This document shows, one piece after another, positions 24,381 to 37,771 of a stretch of DNA of 64,000 nt. The stretch comes from Podarcis muralis. Lineage: Eukaryota. The stretch spans positions 95,790,001-95,854,000 of the forward strand of contig NC_135660.1 of NCBI RefSeq assembly GCF_964188315.1. Reading direction: 5' to 3'. A program made the position numbers and the translations under genes. The notes below the pieces were generated by a model. The model was given only the letters and a program-made list of their open reading frames with translations, was not told where the DNA came from and made no database searches. Positions within the stretch are counted from its first letter, which is position 1. Each line of letters starts with the position of its first letter.

Positions 24381-27029
24381 TACTTTAACATAGTCACATG
24401 ATTAAGCTGCAGAATGCCACATATATGTTCCTTTTCTTGTATAAGTTGAATATTATTTAGAGGGGGGGGGAGCTCAAGTTTTATGTACAACATAAAACTA
24501 AATGTATTGCCTCTGAAGTTTTGTAATATTACCACCTGTAACCTCTTTGGTTTTCTGGTTTTCCTTGTGCAAAATGTATTGTACAGCTCTCAACATTTGG
24601 CCATGTTTTGCACTGCATAGTAGGTGTTTCCAATGCTTTCCTATTAGAGGAAAGCCAGAATACATTTCCCTAAAAAGGATAAATTGGCATCTTCCTCTGA
24701 GCTTTTTTGAACTCTTTTATAGTTTGCAGTGATGATGGAGCAAGGCCTGGAATCCACACAAAAGGGTTTCAGTCCTACAGTGGAGAGCAAGTGAAGTGTT
24801 ATCAGCTCATATTCATGTTTCATGCATTATCAGATAATGTAGATTATAGAGCTATTGTGCTCATCTGATGTAAATCTGCAAAGTGCCATCAGTATGAGTG
24901 CAGCAATATAGATAAGGCTCCAGCTTCTGGCTTGTGTATTTGCTCAAATTATGGTTTAAATTTTACTCTAGGTTCATTTAGGGGCAGGCTAACCTGCTTT
25001 CTCTCCATTATGGTACTTGTACATGGCATTTATTGGGGCACTCTCTAATTATTTCAACAAACAGGTAATTTAAACAGTTCCAAGATGAGATGATGCTTTC
25101 AAAGGAAAAGCAGGTTCATGGCATTATATTTACAGCTCTAGTCATAATTATAGCTAGCAGAAAAGGTTTCCCTTTTAAAATTATTGCAACACTCTCCATT
25201 CATTACAGTTGCTTCTGTTTAACCTTCCAAATTGAGATTTATTCATTCCCTCCCCCACAATTACAGTAAAGCTCAACATTCAGAGCCTGTCCATTTAAAT
25301 GCCAAACCCCAGTTGCTATGGTTAGAAAGCGAAAGTTTATTAAGCAGAAAAAAATGTGAAAACCACCCAAATGGTTTTCCCTTGACGGGCAGGATTTTGA
25401 CAGAGACTTGAAATGTATTTAGGGAGACAAGAACAATGTTCATCTAGGAAGGCTAAAATAAAATGGGAGTTTGCAGTTGATACCCACAAACTAATGGTTT
25501 GTGCTGGAACAGTTGCTGCACCATCAATGATAGGCAACCAGAGCTCACTGGTTTTCACTTTTGCCAAGGCTGGATGTGACTGTAGCAGGATCAAGGCTGC
25601 TGGAACTGAAGCGCCATTGTTTGGTCTGGTGGCTGGAGTCACTTTGAATGTCGCTTGTGCAGGCCACCCAGAAAGTCAAAAAGAGACAAACAGTTTGCAG
25701 GGAGTGGAGACAAGGACAGAGCAAATAGGGCCAAAACAGCAGGGCCAAAATAGCCCTAAACTCCTGTGAGCAAGAAGACCTTTGAGAGAAGACCTCCCCA
25801 CTCCTCCCTTTTGTGAGATCCCACAGGGCAATCCCAGCCCCACAGGATCTAACCAGACCACTGTGGGAAGACAAGAGCCCACCTCCTCACTGCTCTCTGA
25901 GCCACCACACCTCTGGGCAAAGTTGCCCCATATGCAGGGGACTCTTGGACCGGTTATCCCCTCAACAAACAATACCCTTGTTTGCATACAGTGTGTGTGG
26001 TTAATTGTGTCCTAGCGCTGGAACAAGGATATAATTTGTTTCCTGCTGGTGGTGGGTGGAATCAAGCTATGAATAATATAGACACAAATTTATTCAAGAT
26101 TGCAAAACACAATATGTGAACAAGCAAAATATTCACTAGAATCACATTTAGGACTAAAGTGACACTCAAGATCAGACAGACACTTCTTTCAGTACAATGC
26201 AGTGGAACAAAAAGTGAGTGTCAAGTAAGATAACATTTCTTTTGAATGAATGGGGTCTCTGCATCAGAATTCTTTGGCTGCTGCTATTATTTCCTTAATG
26301 TATATTACACTGCACCTCTGCAGTGCTCAGAAATGCTTGTTGATTGCAACTACAAGTTGTATACAGGATGCCACAGCTGAATGGCTTTCATGAATGAGAA
26401 AGTGAAGGCAGTCAACATACTCATTAGGTTCAAAGAAACAAGCTCCAGAACTGTGGGAAAACTTTTGTCCAGGCTGATGAAGAGGAAAAGGGAGGAGGAG
26501 GAGGCGCTGCCATGAAAGCAAATTCATGTGTCGGGACACACACTTCCAGTGGGTTAGATACTTTATTATTATCATCTGACCACACATGATGCCATAGTTG
26601 TGTGAGTCCTTGCTTCACTGCCCTCCCAGAGTAAAAGATGGCAGACAATAAGAGCTTCATGGTGGAAGCCCTTGGTGCTGAAGATAACTGCTCTTTGCTG
26701 TTCTATGAAACCCTTCCACCCCCACCCCAGACAGTTCTGCTCCTTGCAAGTGCAATTATTTCCCTCCCGGTTGCTTTATTTCTTTTATGCACCATAGTAA
26801 CCAAGAGAGGAGAAAGAAGCACTCTCCTCATACTTCAATATTTCTCCCTCACACCAGAGATGTCGCTTATTCGTTTTGCTGTAGAATTTAGTAGTCTGGA
26901 TTCTCATCATCCTTTTCACTAGAGTTGGAAACACTCTCAGTATTCGCAATTTAGGTGTTAATTATTTATCCTGCCAGCTAGGATATATATAGAGTTATTG
27001 ACTCCTAGAAAATGAATATTCATGCTGCA

Positions 27030-27340
27030 TCTTCAGGGTTACTCCATGACATGATGCGATGGCTTCTGTGTGATGCCTAAGAATACATAGTTAAATGATG
27101 GTGAGAGGTCTCCACAAGATGTGATGATGGTCACCAAGCTAGACAAATTCATGGAGGATACAGCTATCAGTGGCTACAAGTCAAAGACTACTAGTCCCCA
27201 TGATGATATTCTACATCGGAATCAGAGGCAGTATCTGAACGCCAATTGACCGGGAACATAAATGTTCTACTTGGGGGCCTTCTGACAAGCATCTGTTTGA
27301 CCAGGGTGAGAAGCAGGATAGTCAACTAAATGGGACATGC
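27030..27340 (+). mobile_element. Old CR1 3' remnant
   Basis: gatgtgatgatggtcacc...aagctagacaaattcatggaggata...tcagtggctac resembles the end of CR1 ORF2 in reptiles. Confidence 0.5.
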
Positions 27341-27593
27341 ACATGAACTTGCAGAGCTTGTCTTGCAATTGCACAGTTTCCATCCAATTCCATTAATTCC
27401 TGCTGACCCGTAGATACTGTTAAGCAGTCTTGGTTAGGATGGCTGAGAAAGTTGTTACTTCAGAGATCTGCTTCCAGTCAGAGTAGGCTTCACAATACTG
27501 AATGATCTGACATTTGCATGGGCAAAGAAAATGCTCCTGAGAAATGTTGCTTAAGTTTCAATTTTCTTTGCCTCTATAGAAATCCAGATATCT

Positions 27594-27965
27594 TAGGGAT
27601 GAATTAGGCTGCCTAATTCCAGCCCATTTCAGTCTCGGTGGCACTCAATCCTAAGTCAGCTCGGTCTCATTTTGTGTGGAATTTTTGAAAGAACACACAA
27701 CCAGCCCACAACTAAACTGTCTACATTTTGCACACAGTTTTTACATAAAATGCATATTTCTTATATAAAATAAGCACTTTTAAAATACCGCTCAATTAAT
27801 TCACCCATAAAACACACATTTTGTATTTTTACTTAAAATACATATGTATGTATGTCTACATTTATTGCACCCCAAAATTGCATTGGGGTGTGTAATCTGA
27901 CTGAGAGTTGCCTTCTGATTATCCGCTGGGAAGCGCGGGCTGAATGAGTTTCTTCTGCCATCCCT
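27594..27965. mobile_element. Old AT-rich MITE with agggatg...catccct termini
   Basis: Short inverted termini and an interior rich in tgcat/acacattt. A similar element lies at 62999-63448. Confidence 0.45.
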
Positions 27966-28947
27966 TGCAAATTTGCTTTGGTTTTTCCTTTAGGTCAAAT
28001 TTGGTGATAGCTCTATGTATTGTAGGTTTTGTATAAATATAAATATATTACCCACTCTTGTAGACAGGCCATGAGTTTTCTTTAGCAGCCAAAAAAACTC
28101 AGTGCTGTTGCTTCAGAGCAGGGGAAATAATTGAAAACATCGTCCCACTCCTGTTCTTGTACAACATATGCAAAGTTTCATCCGCACACCTTAGGGATAC
28201 TGCAGGGAAGCCTGACTGAACTCTTTGATCTGCAGAGAAAACAAACACCGCCCACCATCTGGTAAAACCCATTTAATGAAAAGACAACGATACAGTACAT
28301 GGGCAGGTTTAATTGCGGAAATGAATTGGAGATAGATAGGATAAAGTGATTTTTGATTTAGGGCAGTAAGAGAGAGAAATGTGGCTCTGGGAAGTTATGA
28401 AGTACATAACTGAGGCTATCTGTACCAGAGCTGCATTATATAACTTCCAGGATCGTGCCACAAAGGCAGGTTGCCTGACCTTGATATTTTTAAAATCACA
28501 TTTCAAATGTAATTTGTGCTGCTGAAGGAAGCACCTGCTTTCTGTTGATAACTCCCCACAAATATCTTGTCAAAGAGACTTTTAAAAACATTTAGTCGTG
28601 GAAGGAAATAGTGGATTTGGGTTGTGGCTGACATGTTCTATTTTAGCCTTGAAAATATAATTGCCAGGTGGCTATAAAAATTGCTGGTTCTTTCAGTGGC
28701 ATGGTCTTGGCCAGGAATTCCTTTAGGTCTGTTCAATTCTTTGATCGGGACTGTAATGTGCTTAAAGATAGAGGTTTCCCCAAAGTTTGTTCACCTTGGT
28801 GAAATCCAGAGGCTCTATCAGGCATGTCAGCAACTTCAACCCTAAAAAAGCTCAACAAGTTTGGGGAAAAATCATATCATAAAAAAAAAGCTCAACAACT
28901 TCAATCCTAAAAAAGTTAACAACTTTGGTCAGCCCTCACAACCCTTC

Positions 28948-29313
28948 GGGACACGGGTGGCGCTGTGGGTAAAAGCCTCAGCGCCTAGGGCTTGCTGATC
29001 AAAAGGTCGGCGGTTCGAATCCCCGTGGCGGGGTGCGCTCCCGTTGCTCGGTCCCAGCGCCTGCCAACCTAGCAGTTCGAAAGCACCCCCGGGTGCAAGT
29101 AGATAAATAGGGACCGCTTACTAGCGGGAAGGTAAACGGCGTTTCCGTGTGCTGCGCTGGCTCGCCAGATGCAGCTTTGTCACGCTGGCCACGTGACCCG
29201 GAAGTGTCTGCGGACAGCGCTGGCCCCTGGCCTCTTGAGTGAGATGGGCGCACAACCCTAGAGTCTGTCAAGACTGGCCCGTACGGGCAGGGGTACCTTT
29301 ACCTTTACCTTTA
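28948..29313 (+). mobile_element. Sauria SINE, full length, with 11-bp TSD
   Basis: CACAACCCTTC at 28937-28947 and 29314-29324. A-box/B-box head and (ACCTTT)n tail. Confidence 0.95.
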
Positions 29314-29567
29314 CACAACCCTTCATTTCATCAGTTCTTGCCCTGTTTGAAAAACTTTGGACACCACTGTGAGTCTAAATGGACTATGAAGACAGTAAGT
29401 ATATTTCAGTCCAGCACATTCTTTGTGTGTCACCATTGCAGAAGAAACAGAGCAGCAACCCTTCATGAGACAGGGCCCTGGCGATGCTTTGCTGTGGGCA
29501 GATACATCACTGCGGAAAGATATATGTGACAGTTAGAACACATATGCTGCTGGATCAGTTTCAAGTA

Positions 29568-29784
29568 CACTGGTTAAGAACTTAATTCGTTCTGGAGGTC
29601 TGTTCTTAACCTGAAACTGTTCTTAACCTGAAGCACCACTTTAGCTAATGGGGCCTCCTGCTGCCGCTGCACCGCCACCACACAATTTCTGATCTTATCC
29701 TGAAGCAAAGTTCTTAACCCGAGGTAACATTTCTGGGTTACCAGAGTCTGCAACCTGAAGCGTATGTAACCCGAGGTACCACTG
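29568..29784. mobile_element. Tigger/pogo-type MITE
   Basis: Same family as 14569 and 46005. Right TIR gaggtaccactg-TA; left TIR partly deleted. Confidence 0.85.
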
Positions 29785-30919
29785 TAGTGCCACACCCCAT
29801 AGACAAATTCAACTTTTACCATAGCTCTGAAAGGGCCTGGTCTACCACTTGCCTTTTCAACCCTTGCCCTTCTTAGCTGATAAGAACGAGCCAAGGTAGA
29901 GGCGTAGCATGGGTGAGGCTGCTGGGGGGCATAGCCCTGGGCACAGTTCTTTTGAGGGGTGCATTCCTCACCTGCCCCAGATGCCAGCAATAAATGCTCC
30001 TCAGCTGAGCCAAGGTGTGTCATGGGAGCATTCAGTTCTCCTGCTCCTCAAGAGAACCTCATTGGACTCAAAGGAATTAGACACCTTCCACCCAGTGGTG
30101 AACATTCCTTTTGGGGGGTAAAGTGCACAGTAATGATGTATGTTGCAGATACATCTGATTACAGAAAAGCTAAAGGTTGCTTGGCTATTTAACGGTTACC
30201 TTAGAGGCCTATTTTCAATAATACTATTTCAGCCATGCCTTCTGTGTGTTTATGTAATGGAATTAACTACCAGGTCTGTAGAAAACAATTTATTGCTAGG
30301 AAAAGCAGTATTGCCCATAAAGATCATGTAAAAGGGAACGGTTTGGAATCTATGCCTTTTAGTTGCTTTTATAATATAGATGAAACAAAGACATTTTCAG
30401 TATGACATTCTTTGCAAGGTGGCTTGCAGGACATATCAGGCTGCCTAAGCCTTTCCAGTAAGACCCTGTCCCTCCCTGTCACACAGTGCTGTTTGCATCA
30501 AGCTACCAGACCATATTTCTCCCCCAATCCTACATAATTCAGATATAACCTTTCTTAGGAAAACCCAATGAATTAAACACAAACTGTTGCCAATGGCCCA
30601 TTTGTGATATCTCTAGGGACCCTTTTACAAATTAGCTTGGAAGCTTCCTAAGATGCTGGATCCTGATTTACCTGATTGGACCCTGGATCACCACAAGTGT
30701 GAACTGTTTTGTGGTGTTTTTTTTGGTACTGTCTTCAAGCTTATGAAGGGAAAATCACAAAATATCCACACCATTACCCTTTAAACTGCATCTGAATCTA
30801 TCACAGACTGGATCCTATTGTTGTGAATGGCTGGTCGCTTCATCCACTCTGATTTTGTTCCACATGCAAATGTGGAGCCTCAGTGAATTATGCCTGGATA
30901 AATCACATCGGCCAGGTCA

Positions 30920-30961
<42 letters not shown>

Positions 30962-30976
30962 CTTTTTTCTAAAATT

Positions 30977-31309
30977 GGTGGCACTGTGGGTTAAACCACT
31001 GAGCCTAGGGCTTGCCGATCAGAAGGTCGGTGGTTCGAATCCCCACGACGGGGTGAGCTTCCATTGCTCCTGCCAACCTAGCAGTTCAAAAGCACATCAA
31101 AGTGCAAGTAGATAAATAGGTACTGCTCCAGCGGGAAGGTAAACGGCATTTCCATGTGCTGATCTGGTTTGCCAGAAGCGGCTTAGTCATGCTGGCCACA
31201 TGACCCAGAAGCTGTACGCCGGCTCCCTTGGCCAATAAAGCGAGATGAGCGCCGCAATCCCAGAGTCGGCTACGACTAGACCTAATGGTCAGGGGTCCCT
31301 TTACCTTTA
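30977..31309 (+). mobile_element. Sauria SINE, second subfamily
   Basis: ggttcgaatcccc B-box and 3' end cagagtcggctacgactagacctaatggtcaggggtccctttaccttta. Confidence 0.9.
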
Positions 31310-31407
31310 TGTTTAGTGGTACTCTCATTTTCCTACTCATACAGCCCCTCAAGAGACCAAACGTAGATTCACAAAATGTTTAGGGGTATGCATTCCCCTG
31401 CATCCTC

Positions 31408-31655
31408 CAGTGTGGTGTAGTGGTTAAGAGCAGTAGACTCATAATCTGGGGAACCGGGTTCGCGTCTCCGCTCCTCTACATGCAGCTGCTGGGTGACCTT
31501 TGGCTAGTCACACTTCTCTGAAGTCTCTCAGCCCCACTCACCTCACAGAGTGTTTGTTGTGGGGGAGGAAGGGAAAGGAGAATGTTAGCTGCTTTGAGAC
31601 TCCTTCAGGTAGTGATAAAGCGGGATATCAAATCCAAACTCTTCTTCTTCTTCTC
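31408..31655 (+). mobile_element. tRNA-derived MIR/Ther1-type SINE (Squam3-like), followed by (AAT)n at 31661-31710
   Basis: gtgtggtgtagtggttaagag A-box, gggttcgcgtc B-box, MIR core and (CTT)n tail. Confidence 0.8.
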
Positions 31656-31660
31656 CAGAA

Positions 31661-31713
<53 letters not shown>

Positions 31714-32741
31714 CTCTAAGGTGGTTTGATTGAGGCAAAACACAGAAAAGTAAAGCAGATGGTCACATAACTCCTAAAGGAGATACCAGATGCTCTTCTA
31801 CACTGAAGGTCTTCTTTGCAGACTAAGCCATCCCTGAAACATGCAGTGTTTAGAAGTTTCCCAACTTGATGGAAGGATTGAAAGCACTGGCTGCAGCATT
31901 TACTTTGTAGAGCTGTTGGGGGTTTCCTTTCCCATAGGTATTTTTAGTTAAAATCATGAATGGTTCTGCATGGTTTCCTTAACGTTTTGCAAAAAGGAAA
32001 TGAAAATGTGTTGTTGTACCTTAATGACAAATGGTATTGATTATTTTCCAAAGCTGCTACTCAATAACTATACCTTTTTATAAGTCCACCGAAACACACT
32101 TTTGCAAACATGGCACCACCGCTGAAACCTGGAAGTATTTTACTGTTTGCAAAGCCCTCTGCAACCATTGTTTATTAGCAAGCTTGCAACTGCTTTTTTG
32201 AAAAAGGTTATGTGATTGCACTTAAAATACAAACCATGTGTCAACTGCCGCAAATAAGTCCTTTATTATCTCCACCCCCCACTGGAGTAGCTTGTGCAAG
32301 TTTAGCTTTCTGCTTGACTAGATGCCACTGCTCAGACATAGTAGTCTAGGTACCCATAGGGAAACACAAAATGCTTGTATAATTTTTTAATTCACTGGCG
32401 GTTTCGTGTTTTCATTTCTTGAATGGATTTGCCAAGGGTCGTATTACACACCACAAAAACATGACCCCATTGCCAAAAGTGTTCCTTCTGCTTGCCCTCC
32501 ATGGCTGCTGTGACATCTAGTTGGTATTCCTGATCTTATAATGTGCACCAAAGAATGGGGACCTTGAATTATAATGCAGGGGGACCAGAGGTAATTTAAG
32601 CATACATTGGCCACATCTGTACCCTACATTTAAAGCACTATGATACCACTTTAAATAGTCACAGCTTCCCCCAAAGAATTCTGGGAGCTGTGGTTTGTTA
32701 ATGGGACTGAGAGTTTCCCCATCCAGAGCTACAATTCCTTG

Positions 32742-33096
32742 TTGTTGTTGAGTCATTTAGTTGTGTCCAATTCTTCATGACCCCATGGACCGGAGCACGC
32801 CAGGCACTCCTGTCTTTCACTGCCTCCCAATGTTTGGTCAAACTCATGCTGGTAGCTTCGAGAACACTGTCCAACCATCTCGTCCTCTGTTGTCCCCTTC
32901 TCCTTGTGCCCTCCATCTTTCCCAGCATCAGGGTCTTTTCCAGGGAGTCTTCTCTTCTCATGAGGTGGCCAAAGTATTGGAGCCTCAGCTTCAGGATCTG
33001 TCCCTCCAGTGAGCACTCAGGCCTGATTTCCTTCAGAATGGATAGGTTTGATCTTCTTGCAGTCCATGGGACTCTCAAGAGTCTCCTCCAGCACCA
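32742..33096 (-). mobile_element. Bov-B LINE 3' end
   Basis: WCWRRLLRVPWTARRSNLSILKEIRPECSLEGQILKLRLQYFGHLM in ORF 32698..33168, with a ttgttgttg tail at the left end. Confidence 0.95.
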
Positions 33097-34699
33097 TACA
33101 TATGGATTGTGGCTAATGTCTTGCACACACCACTTCCCAAACCAAGAGAGGGAGCACACTGGATGCATCGTAAACAGGAATGGGTAAACAGGAATTGTTC
33201 GGGGGAAGCCATTGTGGAGAGTAAGGTGGAATTTGACATGGAGCTGCCATTTTGAGAAGCAGCCTTGAGTTCTTTGTAATCCACAGTTCCTGATTCCTCA
33301 CGTGGGAATGGTGCTACATGAGAGTTGTAAAGCAAATGCTTCATAATATGTAAGAAAGCAGGAAAGTAATGAATGCTCTGCTAACATGGAAAATACTTGT
33401 AAAGTCAGCCCGTGTATGTTAACGTAATATAAACTGCATTTAATTTGTGCTCTTCAAGGAGTGTAGGGAAAAGCAGAACAGACAAATTGAAGTGACCAAC
33501 TTTATTAGAAGGAGTGAAGAATGTGCTAATTCAATATGTGGTTTGGGGTGTAAAAGGAATTCACAGCTTTTATTAGGAGAGTTATTTATTTCTCTGGAAG
33601 GGTTTGCAGGAAAGGGTAGGGGGGGAGGAGTACCTCTGGTACCTCAAAAGCAACTTACTAAAGTGACACTCCATTAATAAAATGTGCATGTGTTGAGATC
33701 ACAGAACTCCTATTTGCTTTTGGAGATTATATCCAGGATGCAGCCTACCTTCTTCCTGTAATCCTAGCTGAGTCCAGCACAGTAATAAAATCAGTGGGAT
33801 GCTTTAATATTATAACAATTAAGTAGGTGACATAATCTTTTTTTATTTTATTTTTCTTCTTTTGGGAGGGGGCTGTTTAGGAGGCTGCATTCAACACTTT
33901 GCATCTCTATAGTTCTGCCAGTTTAAAAGTCTGTATATGACCGTGTGATGGAACTGGAAGGAAAGGAATTTTAATACCATTAAATCAAATTGCAGCAATG
34001 GGCATGAAAACTGAAAGAAAAAGGCATGTTTAAATAGTTTGGTATATATTACCTCATCTAAAAAAAGTTATTTGACTGACCTTTAGCAATCAGCTAGGCC
34101 ATTTATATGATTTTTGTAAGTTCTGTATATATCCATAAGTGTCAGACATAATAAATACTTCTAAACAGATGTCTGAATCGTGTCAGAAAGGCAGGACTGT
34201 GGAGATTTAAAGCATTTATCGGCTCTTGCTCTTGTCTGAGCAGAGCCTTATGAAGGAAGCGACTCAAAGGAAACCCAAAGTAATATATTTTTCAGTGGTG
34301 AAATCTTGACTGTATTGAATACTACTGAGAATTTTGCCAGTTCCTCCAATAAAGCAAGAATTTCCATATAGCATAAGCATGACCGCTGAAATCTTTGGAA
34401 CTTGTTTTAAATAAAGGTGATGTAATAGTTAAATGGTAGGTGGAATACAAGCAAAGGAGGAAATTAGAGGGCTTCCATTAATGTTTCTCACATTGTGGCA
34501 AGTCCGAATTCAGGTCATAGGACATAGAAACAAAATGCTTCATCCCTGAAAGTTAAATGCCAGAGGCAAGAGATGCAATTAATGTTTCAGTGTTACAGGG
34601 AATCTACATAGTACAGTACTTGTTACAAAGGCTTGGAAGCAGACCCAAGGGAGATTACACTCTTCAAGGGCAGGAAGCAAAACAACAATGAAATAAACT

Positions 34700-34800
34700 A
34701 ATAACATTATTATTATTTTATTATTTATACCCTGCCCATCTGGCTGAGTTTCTCCAGCCACTCTGGGCGGCTTACAGCACCTAAAAAATTGTAAAACATT
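34700..34800 (-). mobile_element. L2-type 3' tail fragment
   Basis: (tta)n atttataccctgcccatctggctgagtttctccagccactctgggcggctt, homologous to 54735-54800. Confidence 0.75.
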
Positions 34801-34802
34801 AA

Positions 34803-35135
34803 AAAGGTAAAGGAACCCCTGCCCGTATGGGCCAGTCTTGACAGACTCTAGGGTTGTGCGCTCATCTCACTCTATAGGCCGGAAGCCAGCGCTGTCCACA
34901 GACACTTCCGGGTCACGTGGCCAGTGTGACAAGCTGCATCTGGCGAGCCAGCGCAGCACACGGAAACGCCGTTTACCTTCCTGCTAGTAAGTGGTCCCTA
35001 TTTATCTACTTGCACCCGAGGGTGCTTTCGAACTGCTAGGTTGGCAGGCGCTGGGACCAAGCAACGGGAGCGCACCCCGCCGCAGGGATTCGAACCGCCG
35101 ACCTGACGATCGGCAAGTCCTAGATGCTGAGGTTT
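34803..35135 (-). mobile_element. Sauria SINE (head slightly clipped)
   Basis: Near-identical to 5981-6341. Confidence 0.92.
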
Positions 35136-35172
35136 TCCCAATACAGGGTTGCCTTCACTGCAAAAACCCAGT

Positions 35173-35282
35173 GTTCTCATCCTGAAGCAAAGTTCTTAAC
35201 CTTAAGCACTATTTCTGGGTTAGCAGAGTCTGTAACCTGAAGCGTATGTAACCTGAAGCGTATGTAACCCGAGGTACCACTG
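35173..35282. mobile_element. Half of a Tigger/pogo-type MITE
   Basis: gttctcatcctgaagcaaagttcttaacc...gaggtaccactg-TA. Confidence 0.8.
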
Positions 35283-37439
35283 TACAACTAAAACTGGACA
35301 CAACCCCTTTTTACCGCATTGATTTCAATGGCAGCTCAGCATATGTGTCAAAACTATTCTCAATTTTTGAAATGAGAAAAACAACCAAGGGGTAAAATGT
35401 GGGAAAGCAGAAGTAAACAAACAAATGCAGTTACATGTCATATAGCAATGGTATCCCCCCCCCCATTAGATATCATGTATGAATAGCTTTGGTTTAATAT
35501 GGAGCTCGAAGAGGTTTGTGAAAGGAGGGTGTCATCATGGGGAGTTCCTAAATCGCTCAGCAGCTTCTAAACAATTCCCCAGTGGCAAATTAATTTTGCT
35601 TTCTCCCCAAAGAGACCTCAGATGAGACAGTGAAGGATTTGCCAGTGGTTTTAAACTCATTATGAGGACAGCCAGACAAAATTGCAGGGGCCTTAAATTA
35701 ATGGCAGCTTGCAATCGAAAGGAAACACGGGAAGGAACTTCATAAGCCAATTTGCATATGCTCAAAGGCTAAGAAAGAAATGAGTCTGTGTGTGTGTGGG
35801 AAGAGGAAAGCTCAGTGGTAAAATGCAGATCAAAGTAGGCCACACAGAGCAAGCTGGCCACTGGCCTGACTCGCAAGAAAGCAGCTTCCTGTGTTCAGTG
35901 TATCCATGAATAAACAGAATATTCAAAGGTGAGCAAGAGTAGACAGATGATTATCTTTTCCTTATCCAGTGCTTTGTCATGTTTTGGTTAGAATTATCTT
36001 CTATTTCCAACCTCCATCTCAGCCTTCCGTACTATTTCTGCTCCTCCCACAGACCTCAGTGTCAACAGTTGCAACAGGAGAGATATGAAATGTTGGGTGG
36101 GGAAAATATGAAAGTGCCCTGTTGCTAAACAGACCACGGTGCTCCAGCTGTTGATGCTTTCAAATCATTTTGAAAGACTAGATTTTGAAACCAATGCTGG
36201 GAACAGTGCAGAGCCTTTTCCAGCAGTGGGCGACATCTAAATAATTAGTCTGAGCTACCATAAGTGTCCATGGAAGTGATTTAGAAGGAATTAAATGTTG
36301 AAGTTAAAGCATTTGAAATCAAAGAGCATCTCTCCATCACAGATGAACACTGATTTCATAGTCAATTCCTGTCCTGTTTCCTCAGAAAGCCCTGGGAATG
36401 GAGGTTCTCTCAGGCAGAGTTCTCCACAGGAGGGATGGGTCAGTATTTTGTGGCTTCCTTTGGTTCTCTATATGTTGCAGTTAACTCAAGCTCCCAGCAA
36501 TCGCAACCAGCACAGTACCAATGGGTTATAAGACCTCAGTGCTACCTCCAAAGGTAGAGGTGGGCCATATTTTATTCTTCAGAACTACTCTGCTCTCCAG
36601 AAGTGATTTGGGGGTGAGAAGTGTGTTTTCCCACACAAGTGGTCCTCTCGAGAGATTCCAGGCTGCATAATGAGGTTGGTGCCCCCTAGCTAGAATGACC
36701 AGAGGGCACTAAATCTGCTACCCACTTAAAATACAATAGTAGTTCTCGAAAATGGCTTATTTATTAAACTTACCTGAAGCTGGTTTAACCACTGCAGAAA
36801 AACAAACAAACCCTCAAACCAAAAATAAGTGAAGGTTGATCCAAAATAGAAACAGCAGTTCAAATAACAGACGCATAGTCAGCCCTGACAGACTTGTTGA
36901 GGGGCTGGATCTGAAATTGTCAACCTTTATTGTTTCCTGGAATATCTTTACCAGATGCTTTGTAGAACCAGGTGCCTTTGTTGTGGATACTGTGCTCTAC
37001 ATAATTTGAAGATTTCACCTTCAGATGAGTTTGTAATGTCTTTTGTTTTGCAGGGAATTCATTTTCCCTGCAAAAAAATTAAGATATTTCGAACCCCACA
37101 TTGCAATATAATCCATTGGATTGTGAAGCTATTCTCCTTAGTGATCAGTGGAGGAGGTGACTCTGGACTGACTCCCAATCTTGTTGAGCCAGCCAGGGGC
37201 ATGTGAGGTGCGTATGTGAGGTGTTGTTGTATGCTTTCACAGTGTGTCCTTGACATGCGGAAAGCTGGTTTCAGCACCAGGGCTGGTGGGCTGAAAGAGC
37301 CTGATTTTCCCCATGGCCACCATGTCAGGAGTTCAGCCTACACTCAAGTAGGACCCTGGCAGAGACACATGCACGACTGGCATGTTCCCTCCCTCCTGGT
37401 TGATAGTTTAGGAGCTTCATAAGCTTTCTTCAGCCTGAA

Positions 37440-37771
37440 CATCACAGCAACCGATGCCAACCGACACCGGCACACTTAGGGATCCGCAGAATCTTTGCAG
37501 CTTGCGTAACAGACCTCAGCAACTCAGCATTTTGGCTAATCTACTTTATTTGCATATAAACACACACGGAGCACTGCAACATGGCTCCCTCCCTCTCTCT
37601 AGCATCAGACAGCAAAGAGAAAAAGAACAAAGGACAATAGTCCCACTTCACAGAACACAGTAACACAAACATCCTGCCTCCGTCACTTCCCACTCGGTGG
37701 AGTCAAAACATATACCGTCATGTGAAAGACAACAGTCCTATGACTGCAATCATAGATCAGGAATTCTAACA
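37440..37771 (-). mobile_element. Probable solo LTR
   Basis: Minus strand starts TGTTAGAATTCC, with AATAAA on the minus strand near 37545. Left boundary and TSD not resolved. Confidence 0.55.

Noticed and set aside
28840-28935. Tandem aaaaaagctcaacaa motif, also at about 59420
   Set aside because: Shared internal piece of a dispersed repeat; no independent function evident.
28975-29030. tRNA gene-like A/B boxes (also about 6270-6330 and 31410-31470)
   Set aside because: These are SINE heads; there is no cloverleaf or acceptor stem.
32570-32740. Probable old DNA-transposon MITE next to Bov-B (tttaaagcactatgataccactttaa...gagctacaattcc)
   Set aside because: Resembles common lizard repeats, but termini and TSD could not be defined.
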